This document shows, in pieces, positions 35,380 to 45,466 of a DNA stretch of 64,000 bases (positions within the stretch are counted from its first letter, which is position 1; each line of letters begins with the position of its first letter). Below the pieces are notes generated by a model that made no database searches, was not told the DNA's origin, and worked only from the letters and a program-made list of their open reading frames with translations. Position numbers and translations under genes: made by a program. This stretch comes from Bryobacterales bacterium. Its GTDB lineage: Bacteria > Acidobacteriota > Terriglobia > Bryobacterales > Bryobacteraceae. The stretch covers positions 160,299 through 224,298 of the forward strand of contig CAVVLT010000005.1 of assembly GCA_963749105.1 (NCBI GenBank), written 5' to 3'.

Positions 35380-36237
35380 ATAAACGCCGGCACGTTCGCT
35401 TTCCAGTGTCAGCGGATCGGTGATCGGCTTCGAAGTTTTCGGGTCGAGGTGAATGCCGTGTTCGGACATGAACTCGAAATCGGGGCGATAGCCAATCATT
35501 GCGAAGACGAAATCGTTTTTGACCGTCACTTCGCCGTCTGGCGTTTGGATCACGACGTCATGCTGGCGGATTTCTCGCACAGTGCTGCGAAAATATGCTT
35601 TCACTTCACCGCACTTGATACGGTTTTCAATGTTGGGTTTGATCCAATATTTCACGTTGTGGTGAATAGCCGTTTCCCGAATGACCATGGTGACGCGCGC
35701 GCCTGTCCAGAATAGTTCTAAAGCGGCGATGGCGGCCGAGTTCTTGGCGCCCACAATCAGCACATCATGGTTGTAATAAGGGTGAGCTTCGCGGTAGTAG
35801 TGAATGACCTTGTCAAGTTCTTCACCGGGAACATTCAGGCGGTTCGGAATGTCATAGTAGCCACTGGCGAGAATGATTTTGCGCGCGCGATAACACTGCT
35901 TCTCAGTACGGATTGTGAAATTGCCGTCCGAACCATCGAAGCCGAGCACGCGCTCATATTGGTGGATATTGAGCTTGTAGTGATCGGCAACGCGCCGATA
36001 ATATTTCAACGCCTCGGTACGACCCGGCTTTTCGTTGAGCGACGTCATTGGAATATCGCCAATTTCGAGGAGCTCAGGCGTAGTAAAGAAAACGAGATTC
36101 GTTGGGTAATTATAAAGGGAATTGACGACGCAGCCCTTATCGAACAGCACCGGTTTCAAGCTGCGTTTTTCGAGTTCGATTCCACAGGCGAGACCAGTCG
36201 GCCCCGCACCTACGATGGCGACGTCAAATTGTTCCAC
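35260..36237 (-). CDS. ypdA: YpdA-family putative bacillithiol-disulfide/flavin oxidoreductase
   Basis: 325 aa. The GTG start shares one base with the alaS stop. FAD fold FDVAIVGAGPTGLACGIEL, a second dinucleotide fold DVLIVGAKNSAAIAALEL, and LYNYPTNLVFFTTPELLEIGDIP as in YpdA. Confidence 0.8.
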   Translation of the reverse strand: MEQFDVAIVGAGPTGLACGIELEKRSLKPVLFDKGCVVNSLYNYPTNLVFFTTPELLEIGDIPMTSLNEKPGRTEALKYYRRVADHYKLNIHQYERVLGFDGSDGNFTIRTEKQCYRARKIILASGYYDIPNRLNVPGEELDKVIHYYREAHPYYNHDVLIVGAKNSAAIAALELFWTGARVTMVIRETAIHHNVKYWIKPNIENRIKCGEVKAYFRSTVREIRQHDVVIQTPDGEVTVKNDFVFAMIGYRPDFEFMSEHGIHLDPKTSKPITDPLTLESERAGVYLAGVIVAGTHTNEIFIENGRFHGVQIADAISKVLPANIF

Positions 36238-38864
36238 TACAGAAGGGCTCCCACTCTTTCGTAAATTCCCGACATGGCCTGCGGCAACGCCGCCGGATCT
36301 TTACCAGCGCCTTCGGCCATATCAGGCCGGCCGCCACCCTTGCCGCCGATGGCTTTCGCCAGATCGCCCACCAATTTTCCGGCTTGCACTTTCGAGGTGA
36401 GATCTTTGCTCACGGCTGAGATAATCGAGACGTTTTCACCATTGACTGAAGCCAGCAAAATCACCGTGCTGCCCCACTTGTTGCGCAGTTCGTCGACCAC
36501 ACTGCGCAGTTGTTTCGAATCTAAGCCTTCCACCTGTTCAGCCAGAACGGTAGCTGCGCCAAATTTGCGGCCAGGAAGTTTTTCAATCCGACTATGCGCC
36601 ACCTGAACCTTTAGATGGTTGACCTGGCGTTCGAGAATCTTTTGTTGCTCCAGCAGTTTTTCAACTTGTTCCAGCACGCCGGTCTCGGAGGTGTGGAGCA
36701 GTTGGCCGAATTTGGTCAACTGACCAGTGGCCGATTGGAAACGTTCGAGCGAGCCTTCCCCGGTGACGGCCTCAATGCGCCGCACGCCGGCAGAAATGCT
36801 GCCTTCGTACACAATTTTCATGAGACCGATATCGCCGGTGCGCTTCACATGGGTACCGCCGCAAAGTTCGCGGCTGAAATCGGGAATGCTCACGACGCGC
36901 ACGCTTTCGCCGTATTTTTCGCCGAACAGAGCCATGGCCCCGGTGGCCAAGGCTTGATCGAGATCCATGACCTCGGTCTTAACTTCAGTATTGGCAAGGA
37001 TCTGTTGGTTAACCAGCCATTCCACTTCGCGCAGTTCGTCCGCAGTCAGGGCGGAGTAGTGATGGAAATCGAAGCGCAAACGACCGGGTTCGACAACGCT
37101 GCCGGCTTGTTTGACATGCTGGCCTAAAACCTGGCGAAGTGCCGCTTGCAACAGGTGCGTGGCCGTGTGGTTGCGCATGGTGGCGCCGCGCGAAGGCCTG
37201 TCGACAATGCCGATGAGTTTGTCTCCTAATTTGATAGGGCGTAGGACGCGGATCTTCTGCACCATCGCGGTGGGCGCGGGTTTGTAGGCGCCTTCCACAA
37301 TGGCTACCCGCTCGCGAGTCTCCGGATCGAGCAATAGGCCGGTATCACCAACCTGTCCGCCGGATTCAGCATAGAACGGTGTCTTGCCGAAAACGATTTC
37401 TGCTTCACCGTGGTCGGCCCGCGGAACGGCGTTTTTGTCGACGATCAGTTGAGTCACTTCAACCGGGGCTTCCAACGTTTCGCGACCGATGAATTCGACA
37501 GGCGGAAGCGACTTGTACACATCGGGAACTTGTGCTTTATCGGCACCCTTCCAACTGGCGCGCGCCCGGGCACGCTGCTTGTCCATTTCGGCGGTGAAGC
37601 TTTCATGATCAATCTTCAGACCAAACTCGCGCGCCATTTCTTCCTGCTCATCAAGAGCGAGGCCAAACGAATCGTAGAGCTTAAACGCCGCGGCGCCGGG
37701 AAGCACGCCATTAACAGCCGATTTGGCTTCTTCCTGGAAGAACCGCTCGGCAATCTGAAAAGTGCTGGCGTAACGGGTTTCTTCATCACGCACGATGCGC
37801 GACACGCGGCTGATGCTTTCCTGCAGTTCGGGATATGCAGGCTTCATGAGATCGGCTACGAAGCCAGTGAGCTTATACAGATAGGCATCGTTGAAGCCAG
37901 TTAATCGACCGTTACGCATAGCTCGGCGCATAATCTTGCGAAGCACGTAGCCGCGGCCTTCATTGGAAGGAACCACGCCATCGTGAATAAGAAAAGCAGT
38001 GGCGCGCGCATGATCGGCATTGATTCGTAACGCTGTTTCAGAGCGTTCGTCCCGGCCGCGTTTGATGTGCAGGAGTTCCGACGCATGTTGCACAATGGGC
38101 TGGATCAGATCGGTGTCATAGTTCGACAAATGGCCCTGCAGAACGGCAGCAAGGCGCTCAAGTCCCATGCCTGTATCGATCGACGGTTTGGGCAGCGGCG
38201 TCAGTTTGCCATCGGCAGAGCGGTCGAATTGCATGAATACGAGATTCCAGATTTCGACAAAGCGACCACCGCCATCAAGGGGAAATTGTTCGTGCTCCCG
38301 GCCTTTTTCGGCAGCATCGACGCCGAGATCATAGTGGATCTCAGAACAAGGACCGCAGGGTCCGGTTTCGCCCATTTGCCAGAAATTATCTTTTTCGTCG
38401 AGGCGGAAAATGCGCTCTTTCGGTATACCGGCAACCTTCTGCCAGAGCGCTTCGGCGTCGTCATCTTCGCGGAAAACCGTGACGTAGAGCTTGTCTTTCG
38501 GCAAGCCATACCATCTGGCGCTGGTGATTAATTCCCAAGCGTAGGCGATGGCGTCTTGCTTGAAGTAGTCGCCGAACGAGAAGTTGCCGAGCATCTCGAA
38601 GAAAGTGTGATGGCGGCGCGTATAGCCGACATTTTCCAGGTCGTTATGCTTGCCACCGGCGCGCACACATTTTTGCGATGTGGTGGCGCGTGAATAGTCG
38701 CGTTTTTCCAATCCGAGAAAAACTTCTTTGAACTGATTCATCCCGGCATTGGCGAAAAGCAGAGTTGGGTCGTCGGCGGGAACAAGCGACGAACTGCGCA
38801 CAACGCGGTGGCTCTGACCGGCGAAGTATTCCAGGAACTTCGCCCGTGTGTCGTTTCCAGTCAT
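36237..38864 (-). CDS. alaS: Alanine-tRNA ligase
   Basis: 875 aa. HHTFFEMLGNFSFGDYFK, editing-domain HTATHLL, and C-terminal GGKGGGRPDMAEG. Confidence 0.97.
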   Translation of the reverse strand: MTGNDTRAKFLEYFAGQSHRVVRSSSLVPADDPTLLFANAGMNQFKEVFLGLEKRDYSRATTSQKCVRAGGKHNDLENVGYTRRHHTFFEMLGNFSFGDYFKQDAIAYAWELITSARWYGLPKDKLYVTVFREDDDAEALWQKVAGIPKERIFRLDEKDNFWQMGETGPCGPCSEIHYDLGVDAAEKGREHEQFPLDGGGRFVEIWNLVFMQFDRSADGKLTPLPKPSIDTGMGLERLAAVLQGHLSNYDTDLIQPIVQHASELLHIKRGRDERSETALRINADHARATAFLIHDGVVPSNEGRGYVLRKIMRRAMRNGRLTGFNDAYLYKLTGFVADLMKPAYPELQESISRVSRIVRDEETRYASTFQIAERFFQEEAKSAVNGVLPGAAAFKLYDSFGLALDEQEEMAREFGLKIDHESFTAEMDKQRARARASWKGADKAQVPDVYKSLPPVEFIGRETLEAPVEVTQLIVDKNAVPRADHGEAEIVFGKTPFYAESGGQVGDTGLLLDPETRERVAIVEGAYKPAPTAMVQKIRVLRPIKLGDKLIGIVDRPSRGATMRNHTATHLLQAALRQVLGQHVKQAGSVVEPGRLRFDFHHYSALTADELREVEWLVNQQILANTEVKTEVMDLDQALATGAMALFGEKYGESVRVVSIPDFSRELCGGTHVKRTGDIGLMKIVYEGSISAGVRRIEAVTGEGSLERFQSATGQLTKFGQLLHTSETGVLEQVEKLLEQQKILERQVNHLKVQVAHSRIEKLPGRKFGAATVLAEQVEGLDSKQLRSVVDELRNKWGSTVILLASVNGENVSIISAVSKDLTSKVQAGKLVGDLAKAIGGKGGGRPDMAEGAGKDPAALPQAMSGIYERVGALL

Positions 38865-38953
38865 GATTTACTTCCAGTGTCGCAAAGGCGAGCACGGAAG
38901 AAGCGCGTGCGCTGAAGGGTCGGCTCTAGCGAAGTTCTGGCAAATGCCGAGTT

Positions 38954-40021
38954 TCAACGATCCAGCGCAATTACGCCCCAAGGGCTCGTGCCGACTTTGA
39001 TCTTTTTCGTTACCGAGTTAGTAGCAAGATCTACGACGGAAATATCGTTCGAAGGTCCATTCGCAGAGTAGAGAGTCTTAGCGTCGGGCGAAAGGGCGAT
39101 ACCCCAGGGGCGCGGCCCTACTTCAAGAGAACTGGCAATTTTATTGGTGGTTGTATCGATGGTGAAGACCTGATGGCCGCGGCCTGTGCTGACGTACAGT
39201 TTCGTGGCGTCCGGTGACAGCAGGACCGCCATGGGTTTGATCACGCCCGGCTTGCCGAGCGATATCGCCTGGATCATCTTATCTTTCACCGCATCCACCA
39301 CTACCACGGTTCCATCGTTTTCGGCGTTCACATAGGCCTTAGAGCCGTCTGGCATAAAAGCGACCGAGCGCGGGCGGTGGCCAACTTTAAACGTCTTGAG
39401 GATCTTGCCCGCCACTGGGTCGAGAACGGAGACGGTGCCGGTTTCCTCCGAAGTAACCCAAACAAGCTTGCCGTCTGGAGTGACCTTCACGCCCTCGGGC
39501 TGCGCTCCCACTTTCACGGATTTAACCACCGTCCCTGATGCAACATCGACGATGCTGACGGCTTCCTCGTCCTCGTTAGAGATGTACAACTGGCTGCCGT
39601 CTTTGCTTACGTCGAAGTTTTCCGGATCGGAACCGGCCTTCATGATGCGAACAACTTTGTTCTGCGCAACGTTGAAGACACCAATTCCGTCGGCACTCTT
39701 GTCGGGTGGCGGAAGCGTGCTTTCGTCAACATCGGGTCCGGCGACCGGCGATCCACTGAGCGCCACGTAAATAGTCTTTCGATCGGGACTGGCGTGAATG
39801 CCCCTGGGCCGTTTGCCCAGCGGCACTGTGGCGATCACGCTATAAGTTGCGGAATCGATCACTGTCATGTCGCCCGAAGCTTCATTGGTGACATAGAGTC
39901 GGAACGCCGAGGATTCCGCTGCCGGCTTGGGCTCTGCCTTTTCGACTGGCGCTGGATGCGAGCAACTCATACAGATAGCGACAAGACAAAAGGTAGGAAG
40001 CAGATACTTCAGGTTGGTCAC
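38954..40021 (-). CDS. YVTN-type beta-propeller lipoprotein
   Basis: 355 aa with a lipoprotein-like leader ending CMSC. Repeated units of the type LYVTNEASGDMTVIDSAT..V..V.VG..P.G....PDG. No cofactor motif seen. Confidence 0.8.
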   Translation of the reverse strand: MTNLKYLLPTFCLVAICMSCSHPAPVEKAEPKPAAESSAFRLYVTNEASGDMTVIDSATYSVIATVPLGKRPRGIHASPDRKTIYVALSGSPVAGPDVDESTLPPPDKSADGIGVFNVAQNKVVRIMKAGSDPENFDVSKDGSQLYISNEDEEAVSIVDVASGTVVKSVKVGAQPEGVKVTPDGKLVWVTSEETGTVSVLDPVAGKILKTFKVGHRPRSVAFMPDGSKAYVNAENDGTVVVVDAVKDKMIQAISLGKPGVIKPMAVLLSPDATKLYVSTGRGHQVFTIDTTTNKIASSLEVGPRPWGIALSPDAKTLYSANGPSNDISVVDLATNSVTKKIKVGTSPWGVIALDR

Positions 40022-40024
40022 GAA

Positions 40025-40804
40025 CTATTCTCCTTTGAAGGTAAAATTGGTTTCGATTTTGCCGGACGGCGTCACCGTTATCTTCTGTTCCTGCGTCCCC
40101 AGCGTTTCTTGCCATGCTTCAACCACGTAGTCGCCCGGCGGAATATTGCGAATCTCAAAAGACCCGTCCGCCCCCGTAACGGCAAAGTACGGGTGCTCCA
40201 CAACGCCTATGAATGCGCGCATCCAACTATGAATGTTGCATTTGACGCGAATCATAATTTCAGGCTTGATGAACCTGCGCGCCAGCGGTGCATCGCCCTG
40301 TCCCTGACTATGATTCCATTCGCGATTAATTTGAGCAAGCGGGTGAATATTGTGGGTGACCGGATCGGAGTTCGTCACCTGCAAGGTCTGACCCGTTTGT
40401 ATGCCCATAACGCGCGGATGAAACCAGCAGCCGTGCTGGTCGATGACGACCGGCGTGGCTGGCACCGGGAACGTCTTTCCTTCCAGTCCACTCTTCAGGT
40501 AGACAAAGGTGTTGGCTAACGTGCCATTTGGATTAACGACGACCGATTCGTCGTAAGCCTTGCTATGATGCGCCTCAACGCAGGCAGGATCTTCACTCAT
40601 GTCAATCAACTTGCGCGCGGGCTTCCTGCCGGTAAATTTAATTGTTCCGGTCAGCGTGCCGGCCGTGGTGGCGTCAACCTTAAAATAGGAAGGCGCAGCC
40701 GCTTGCTTCGACGGGGCCGCGGGCTCCTCTTTTGTTTTCGTTCGCGAACAACTGGAGAGCAAGACGACAGCGCAGGGAAGCGCAAACAGACGCAGCCGTT
40801 TCAT
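40025..40804 (-). CDS. Cupredoxin-like (amicyanin-spaced type-1 Cu site) lipoprotein with a C-terminal CarboxypepD_reg-like beta-sandwich
   Basis: 259 aa with lipobox LLSSC. Candidate Cu ligands are THNIH and CNIHSWM (C-x2-H-x2-M). The C-terminal segment ADGSFEIRNIPPGDYVVEAW is typical of carboxypeptidase-regulatory-like domains. Confidence 0.65.
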   Translation of the reverse strand: MKRLRLFALPCAVVLLSSCSRTKTKEEPAAPSKQAAAPSYFKVDATTAGTLTGTIKFTGRKPARKLIDMSEDPACVEAHHSKAYDESVVVNPNGTLANTFVYLKSGLEGKTFPVPATPVVIDQHGCWFHPRVMGIQTGQTLQVTNSDPVTHNIHPLAQINREWNHSQGQGDAPLARRFIKPEIMIRVKCNIHSWMRAFIGVVEHPYFAVTGADGSFEIRNIPPGDYVVEAWQETLGTQEQKITVTPSGKIETNFTFKGE

Positions 40805-41916
40805 TTGATACTCCCCATTTGAATTTTCTCGGGCGGTCCAGCATTCGGCGGCATCTCACCGGTAAGCGATTTGAGGAATTCAACTAAATCGGCACGATCC
40901 TGCCCTGAGAGTTGGATCGTTTTAATTTCCTTATCGAGGTAAGGGTTCGAGTTGCCGCCGCCGGCGTAGTAATCGACAACGTCTTTGAGCGTCTTCAGGC
41001 TCCCGTCATGCATGTAAGGTGCGGTCTTCGCCACGTTGCGCAGCGTGGGGGTTTTGAAGGCGCCCTTATCGGCAGCCAGTTTCGTCTCGGTATAGCGACC
41101 GAGGTCGGTTAGCTCGCCTTCGTCGTTCACGCCCACCCCAATGTTGTGAAATTTGCCGTCGGTAAAAAGTGCGTAGCTCTTGTCGATGGTATGGCAGGTG
41201 GCGCAGTTGCCTTTTTGCGCGTCGCGGAATATTGCAAGACCGCGCCGGGCAGCCGGAGTGAGCGCGTTTCTGTTGCCGCCGAACTCGTATTGATCAAAAG
41301 GTGAGTTGCCGCTGATAAGAGTTCGTTCAAAGCTGGCCAGCGCAGTCGTCACCTTGCCGATAGTCATTGGTCCGGCGCCAAACGCCTTCTCAAAATGTGC
41401 CCGGTATGCCGGGTCTGCTGCGAGTTTCGAAACGGTCACCTCGTGTGCCTGATTCATTTCGATCGGGTTGGCCATAGGACCGCCGGCCTGCTCCTCCAAA
41501 CTGTGGGCGCGTCCGTCCCAAAACTGCTCCGGAACATAGGCGGCGTTTACCAGAGTGGGAGCGTTGCGAATACCAACCTTCCCCCCAACGCCGGTCGAAT
41601 GCTTTTGGCCGTCGGTAAAAGTGAGCAGCGGATTGTGGCAAGAAGCGCAGGCCAACGAGTTGTCCACAGAAAGTTTTTTTTCGTAGAACAGTGCCCGGCC
41701 AAGCGCGATCGTTTCCGCTGTTTCAGGCGCGGCGATTGGTACGGGAACTGGAGGTAGTCCGAGGGGCGTTTTGATCTCGATAGGCGCGCCAATCGGTTTC
41801 ACATTAGGAGCGGTATCCATCACATTGTTATGATTTCCGCCACATCCGGCCATAAGAATCAGCAAAAGGACGGACAAAAGCGGAAAGGATGTTTGAAGCT
41901 GATTCAAAGCACGCAT
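40801..41916 (-). CDS. Dihaem cytochrome c peroxidase / MauG-family lipoprotein
   Basis: 371 aa with lipobox LMAGC. Two haem sites, CASCHNP and CATCH. FKTPTLRNVAKTAPYMHDGS is the family signature. 4-nt overlap with the downstream gene. Confidence 0.92.
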   Translation of the reverse strand: MRALNQLQTSFPLLSVLLLILMAGCGGNHNNVMDTAPNVKPIGAPIEIKTPLGLPPVPVPIAAPETAETIALGRALFYEKKLSVDNSLACASCHNPLLTFTDGQKHSTGVGGKVGIRNAPTLVNAAYVPEQFWDGRAHSLEEQAGGPMANPIEMNQAHEVTVSKLAADPAYRAHFEKAFGAGPMTIGKVTTALASFERTLISGNSPFDQYEFGGNRNALTPAARRGLAIFRDAQKGNCATCHTIDKSYALFTDGKFHNIGVGVNDEGELTDLGRYTETKLAADKGAFKTPTLRNVAKTAPYMHDGSLKTLKDVVDYYAGGGNSNPYLDKEIKTIQLSGQDRADLVEFLKSLTGEMPPNAGPPEKIQMGSIK

Positions 41917-41917
41917 A

Positions 41918-42409
41918 TTACTGCTTGGGCGCGGGTTTCCACTCGCGGGCTAACCGTTTCGCTTCCGCAATCTGCTGGGTAGTCAGTTTCTCGGCTATTC
42001 CATCGCGCATTTCTACAATCGAATCCTTGTTGCCACCCTGGGAATGCATGGCTGCTCGTTCGTACCACATGTACGCCTCGGTGTAGTCGCGTTGCACACC
42101 CTTTCCAAAGTTAAATAAAATACCAAGACTCGCCTCAGCGTAAGGGTCTCCCTGATCGGCAGCCTTGTGGTACCAAAACTGTGCCTGGGAGAAGTCCTTC
42201 GGCAAGCCGATTCTACCGGTTTCGTAGTCTTTCCCGAGTTCGAATTGCGCTTCCGCATCGCCGTTTCGAGCGCGATCCAATAGCCTTTCGCGTAAAGGCT
42301 TTGGCGGCTTAGTGGGTGCACCTGAAGGCTGCTGGCTGAGACCAGCCGCAATCGATAGGCTGGCAGCAAAGGCTATGACAAGTGTACGGCGATTCATCAC
42401 TCGAAGCAT
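41918..42409 (-). CDS. Sel1-repeat (TPR-like) secreted protein
   Basis: 163 aa with a signal peptide. Three Sel1-type repeats (AEAQFELGKDYETG, AQFWYHKAADQGDPYAEASLGILFNFGKGV, AYMWYERAA). Confidence 0.85.
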   Translation of the reverse strand: MLRVMNRRTLVIAFAASLSIAAGLSQQPSGAPTKPPKPLRERLLDRARNGDAEAQFELGKDYETGRIGLPKDFSQAQFWYHKAADQGDPYAEASLGILFNFGKGVQRDYTEAYMWYERAAMHSQGGNKDSIVEMRDGIAEKLTTQQIAEAKRLAREWKPAPKQ

Positions 42410-42448
42410 CTTTTTATCATCCGGTCCTGTGTTCCGGCACTGCCAATG

Positions 42449-44761
42449 TCAAAAGTTAAAGGACAAACGCGCATCTACCGAACGCATAATACCAATCGCG
42501 GTACCCGAAAACAGACCGGCGAAATCCAGAACATTCAACGAGTTGGTTAAATTCGTTCCATCCACTTGAAAGCGCACCGGGTACTTTTCGTTCTTGCTCA
42601 GGATCACTCCCGCGGAAGCGTTTAACGACCATAGCGGACGCGGACGTAAGTCTGAAAAGTTCACTCGATTGAGAATATTCTGCGTATACCCTTGGGCCGC
42701 GGCAGCGGGTTCCGAGCCGCCGAAGTCGATAGGCAGACCGCTATCGTACGTGCCGCCAAACGCCAGCCAAAAGCGCGCTGTAACCTCGTAACGGAAACGC
42801 GCCCTCACAGAGTTGCGCTGTTCTTGAGAAACCGGAAACACACCGCTTGTCTGCTGAACCGCCTGTGCTGCGTTGTCGCCAAGGAAGAGACCTCCGGTAG
42901 CGGGGAAATAGCCGTTGCCGCGCTCGTTGGTCCAACTGATATAGCCAGACAACCTACCCCAGCGCGGAATTTCCAGTTTCGCCTCTTCTCCATAGATATT
43001 GGCCAATGCAAAGGTGATGGGGAAACTCACACCGGTATTGAGCAGCAGATCGTCATCCGGATAATTGTGATATCTACGCCAAAAGAAATTTCCGGTGAGC
43101 CGTATGTGCGAGAACAGCGCTCTGCCAAAACCAGCCTCATAATAATTGCCGCGCGCCGGTTGCACAGGCAGCCGCAGCACCAGCGGATCAAGGCTGGTGA
43201 CAGCGGGCGAACTGGAAACAAGCAAGTTTTCGAAAGGCGGCGTTTGAAACACACGGTCATAAGAAGCGTGAAAGTTAATCTTCGCTTTCGGCCAGAAATA
43301 AGCAAGGCCGAAACGCGGGCTCCAGCCAACTTGATTCACCAGTAGATCGTAATGATCGAAGCGAATCCCGCCGCTCACCGCAAAATTCTTCCAATGGATT
43401 TCGTCTTGTCCGAACAGCGACTGTTCGCGATCGGGTGCGTGGCCGTAAAAGTTGAAAGCAAGCGGTGTCCCCGAGTCGAATTGAGTGGGATCGGTAATCA
43501 GATAGCTGAGCGCCTCTTCAATTTGCGCGAAATCCGCTTCGCCGCCAAACTTGAACTCATGTTTGCCGGCATGCACCGAAAGCGTCCCTTTGGCGTACTC
43601 TTCGTGGTAGCCGCGATCTTGCCCAGCGATCATGGGCGTGGCAAGGTTGTTTGACCAGAAACCCGCCGTGATATCGCGGGTCATCGCGCGGAAATTCCCC
43701 AGCACGTTTGCCGAGAAAATGTGCTCGTAGGAAAGCTGGGCGGAGCTTTCGAAGTTCTGGCGATCCTGCCGCTGCCCGACCTCTTCCTGCGGGACCTCAT
43801 TCGGCACAAGAAACTTGGATTGGTTGCGGCTCACGATGACGCCGATACGGTTTTTGTCGTCTATGTCGTATTCGTAGTGCGCCATGAAGTCGGCGGTCGT
43901 GCCATGATTCGTATAATTCTGCGTGGCTGGAGGATCAAGAAAATGGTCGGTCTGAGCGCCGGAAATGCTCATCGTCAGGGTATTCGCGCCAAAGCCGTAC
44001 TGGCCCTCGAGAAAGCCGTTCAGCGTGTCGAAGCTCCCGCCTCCCAGCGAGCTTCTACCATGGAAACCTTGCCTCTTGTCGCGTGTCGTTTGCACTTCAA
44101 TCACCCCGCCTAACTTGCGCCCGTATTCAACTGGAAAACCGGCCACCATCTCGCTCATTTCCTGCACGTTGTCGGCGTCAAAATCAGCCACATAGGCGGC
44201 CGAACGATTCTCCGTTAGCGGCATGCCATCAACAACGTATTGGACTTGGTACTCTTCGGCGCGCGGATGCAAAATGCCATTCGCTTCAAACATCCAGCCG
44301 GGTTCTTGATTGATGAGTTCGGCTAAACCACGGCCCGGCTGAGCAGATAAGCGGTCGGTTAACGTATCGCCGCCAATGCGATTCACGCTGCTGGTGGCAT
44401 AGGGGTCGACGAGCGTCTGTTCGCTTTGGACATCGACCGTCGTTTGCACGGAACCTAACGCAAGCGCGACCTTTATCTCTTTGGGCAAGGCCGAACGGAT
44501 TTCCACCAGCTCGCGCGAAGATGCAAAACCTGCGTGGCTTACCGTCACGAGATAAAGACCGGGGGGCAATCTTTTGGCGACGACTCGTCCATCCGCGTCT
44601 GCCTCAAATGTGCGGTTGTATTGATTTACTTCGCTGGTTAATTTTACGGTGGCTTGAACGGGCGCTCCGCTTGGGTCTACGGCCAGCAGCCGCAGTTCGC
44701 CGGAATTGGTCTGGCAGAAAGCGCAAGAGGCGATCAACAGGCTGCAAAACAGTCTAAACAT
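42449..44761 (-). CDS. TonB-dependent outer-membrane receptor with an N-terminal CarboxypepD_reg domain
   Basis: ATG at 44761 gives signal peptide MFRLFCSLLIASCAFCQ. It is followed by a CarboxypepD_reg-like segment (ELRLLAVDPSGAPV...GLYLVTVSHAGF), a plug-like region, a long beta-barrel, and a C-terminal aromatic residue (RLSFNF). The tracked start at 44869 adds an implausible leader. Confidence 0.85.
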   Translation of the reverse strand: MFRLFCSLLIASCAFCQTNSGELRLLAVDPSGAPVQATVKLTSEVNQYNRTFEADADGRVVAKRLPPGLYLVTVSHAGFASSRELVEIRSALPKEIKVALALGSVQTTVDVQSEQTLVDPYATSSVNRIGGDTLTDRLSAQPGRGLAELINQEPGWMFEANGILHPRAEEYQVQYVVDGMPLTENRSAAYVADFDADNVQEMSEMVAGFPVEYGRKLGGVIEVQTTRDKRQGFHGRSSLGGGSFDTLNGFLEGQYGFGANTLTMSISGAQTDHFLDPPATQNYTNHGTTADFMAHYEYDIDDKNRIGVIVSRNQSKFLVPNEVPQEEVGQRQDRQNFESSAQLSYEHIFSANVLGNFRAMTRDITAGFWSNNLATPMIAGQDRGYHEEYAKGTLSVHAGKHEFKFGGEADFAQIEEALSYLITDPTQFDSGTPLAFNFYGHAPDREQSLFGQDEIHWKNFAVSGGIRFDHYDLLVNQVGWSPRFGLAYFWPKAKINFHASYDRVFQTPPFENLLVSSSPAVTSLDPLVLRLPVQPARGNYYEAGFGRALFSHIRLTGNFFWRRYHNYPDDDLLLNTGVSFPITFALANIYGEEAKLEIPRWGRLSGYISWTNERGNGYFPATGGLFLGDNAAQAVQQTSGVFPVSQEQRNSVRARFRYEVTARFWLAFGGTYDSGLPIDFGGSEPAAAAQGYTQNILNRVNFSDLRPRPLWSLNASAGVILSKNEKYPVRFQVDGTNLTNSLNVLDFAGLFSGTAIGIMRSVDARLSFNF

Positions 44762-44884
44762 AGCTTCTGTTTGTATATTCGATCCAGGCGCTTTTTGTTC
44801 AGGGTTTTTGATAATTGGGAAAGAGGGAAAAAAGGTTGAACAAGAAATGCCGGATTGGAATATACGCATGAAGGCATTTGCGTG

Positions 44885-45460
44885 ATGGCGAACTGGTCCG
44901 ACAATCCGACGTTTGTCGATCGATTGCTTTCATCCACAATTTTCGCAGAACGGGAATCGGCCCACGAGGAAGAACTCGTGAGATTCTTTTGCCAGTTACG
45001 TAACCCGCTGTTACGCTACGCGCTCAGCTTCGGTGTGGCGGCGCAAGACGGCGAGGAAATTATTCAGGAAGTGTTCCTGGCGCTCTTCGAGCACCTCAAA
45101 GGAGGCAAACCTCGCACTAATCTTTATGGCTGGGTCTTCCGCGTCTGCCATAACTTGGCGTTGAAACATTTGGAAGGAGTACGCGCTAGAAGTACAGCAG
45201 TGTTTCCTACGTTCGGTTGGGAAGACGCACAGATCGATTCGTCTCTCAATCCGGAAGAGCTGTTAGTTGCAGCGCAACGTCGCCAAAAACTGCAGGCAGT
45301 GTTAGGAGCGCTGCCTGAGCCGGACCGGTATTGTGTCTGCTTACGCGCCGAGGGCTTGCGATACCGGGAAATCGCTGAAATTCTGGGTATGTCGCTTGGC
45401 GCGGTTTCGATTTCGCTAGCGCGATCATTGGCCCGGTTTGAGCGCGCCGATCAGGATTAA
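44885..45460 (+). CDS. ECF-type RNA polymerase sigma-70 factor
   Basis: Region-2-like EEIIQEVFLALFEHL...WVFRVCHNLA and a region-4 HTH YREIAEILGMSLGAVSISLARSL. The start is either ATG 44885 or the tracked 44855. Divergent from the TonB receptor gene. Confidence 0.88.
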   Translation: MANWSDNPTFVDRLLSSTIFAERESAHEEELVRFFCQLRNPLLRYALSFGVAAQDGEEIIQEVFLALFEHLKGGKPRTNLYGWVFRVCHNLALKHLEGVRARSTAVFPTFGWEDAQIDSSLNPEELLVAAQRRQKLQAVLGALPEPDRYCVCLRAEGLRYREIAEILGMSLGAVSISLARSLARFERADQD

Positions 45461-45466
45461 CAAATC

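Noticed and set aside
39794-40519. A 241-aa plus-strand ORF. Similar long antisense ORFs occur at 42692-43345, 36615-37127, 49011-49607, 32882-33445, 21506-22045, 55571-56026 and 12323-12739.
   Set aside because: All lie antisense to genes with strong family signatures. They have Arg/Gly/His-rich, low-information composition typical of shadow frames in GC-rich DNA.
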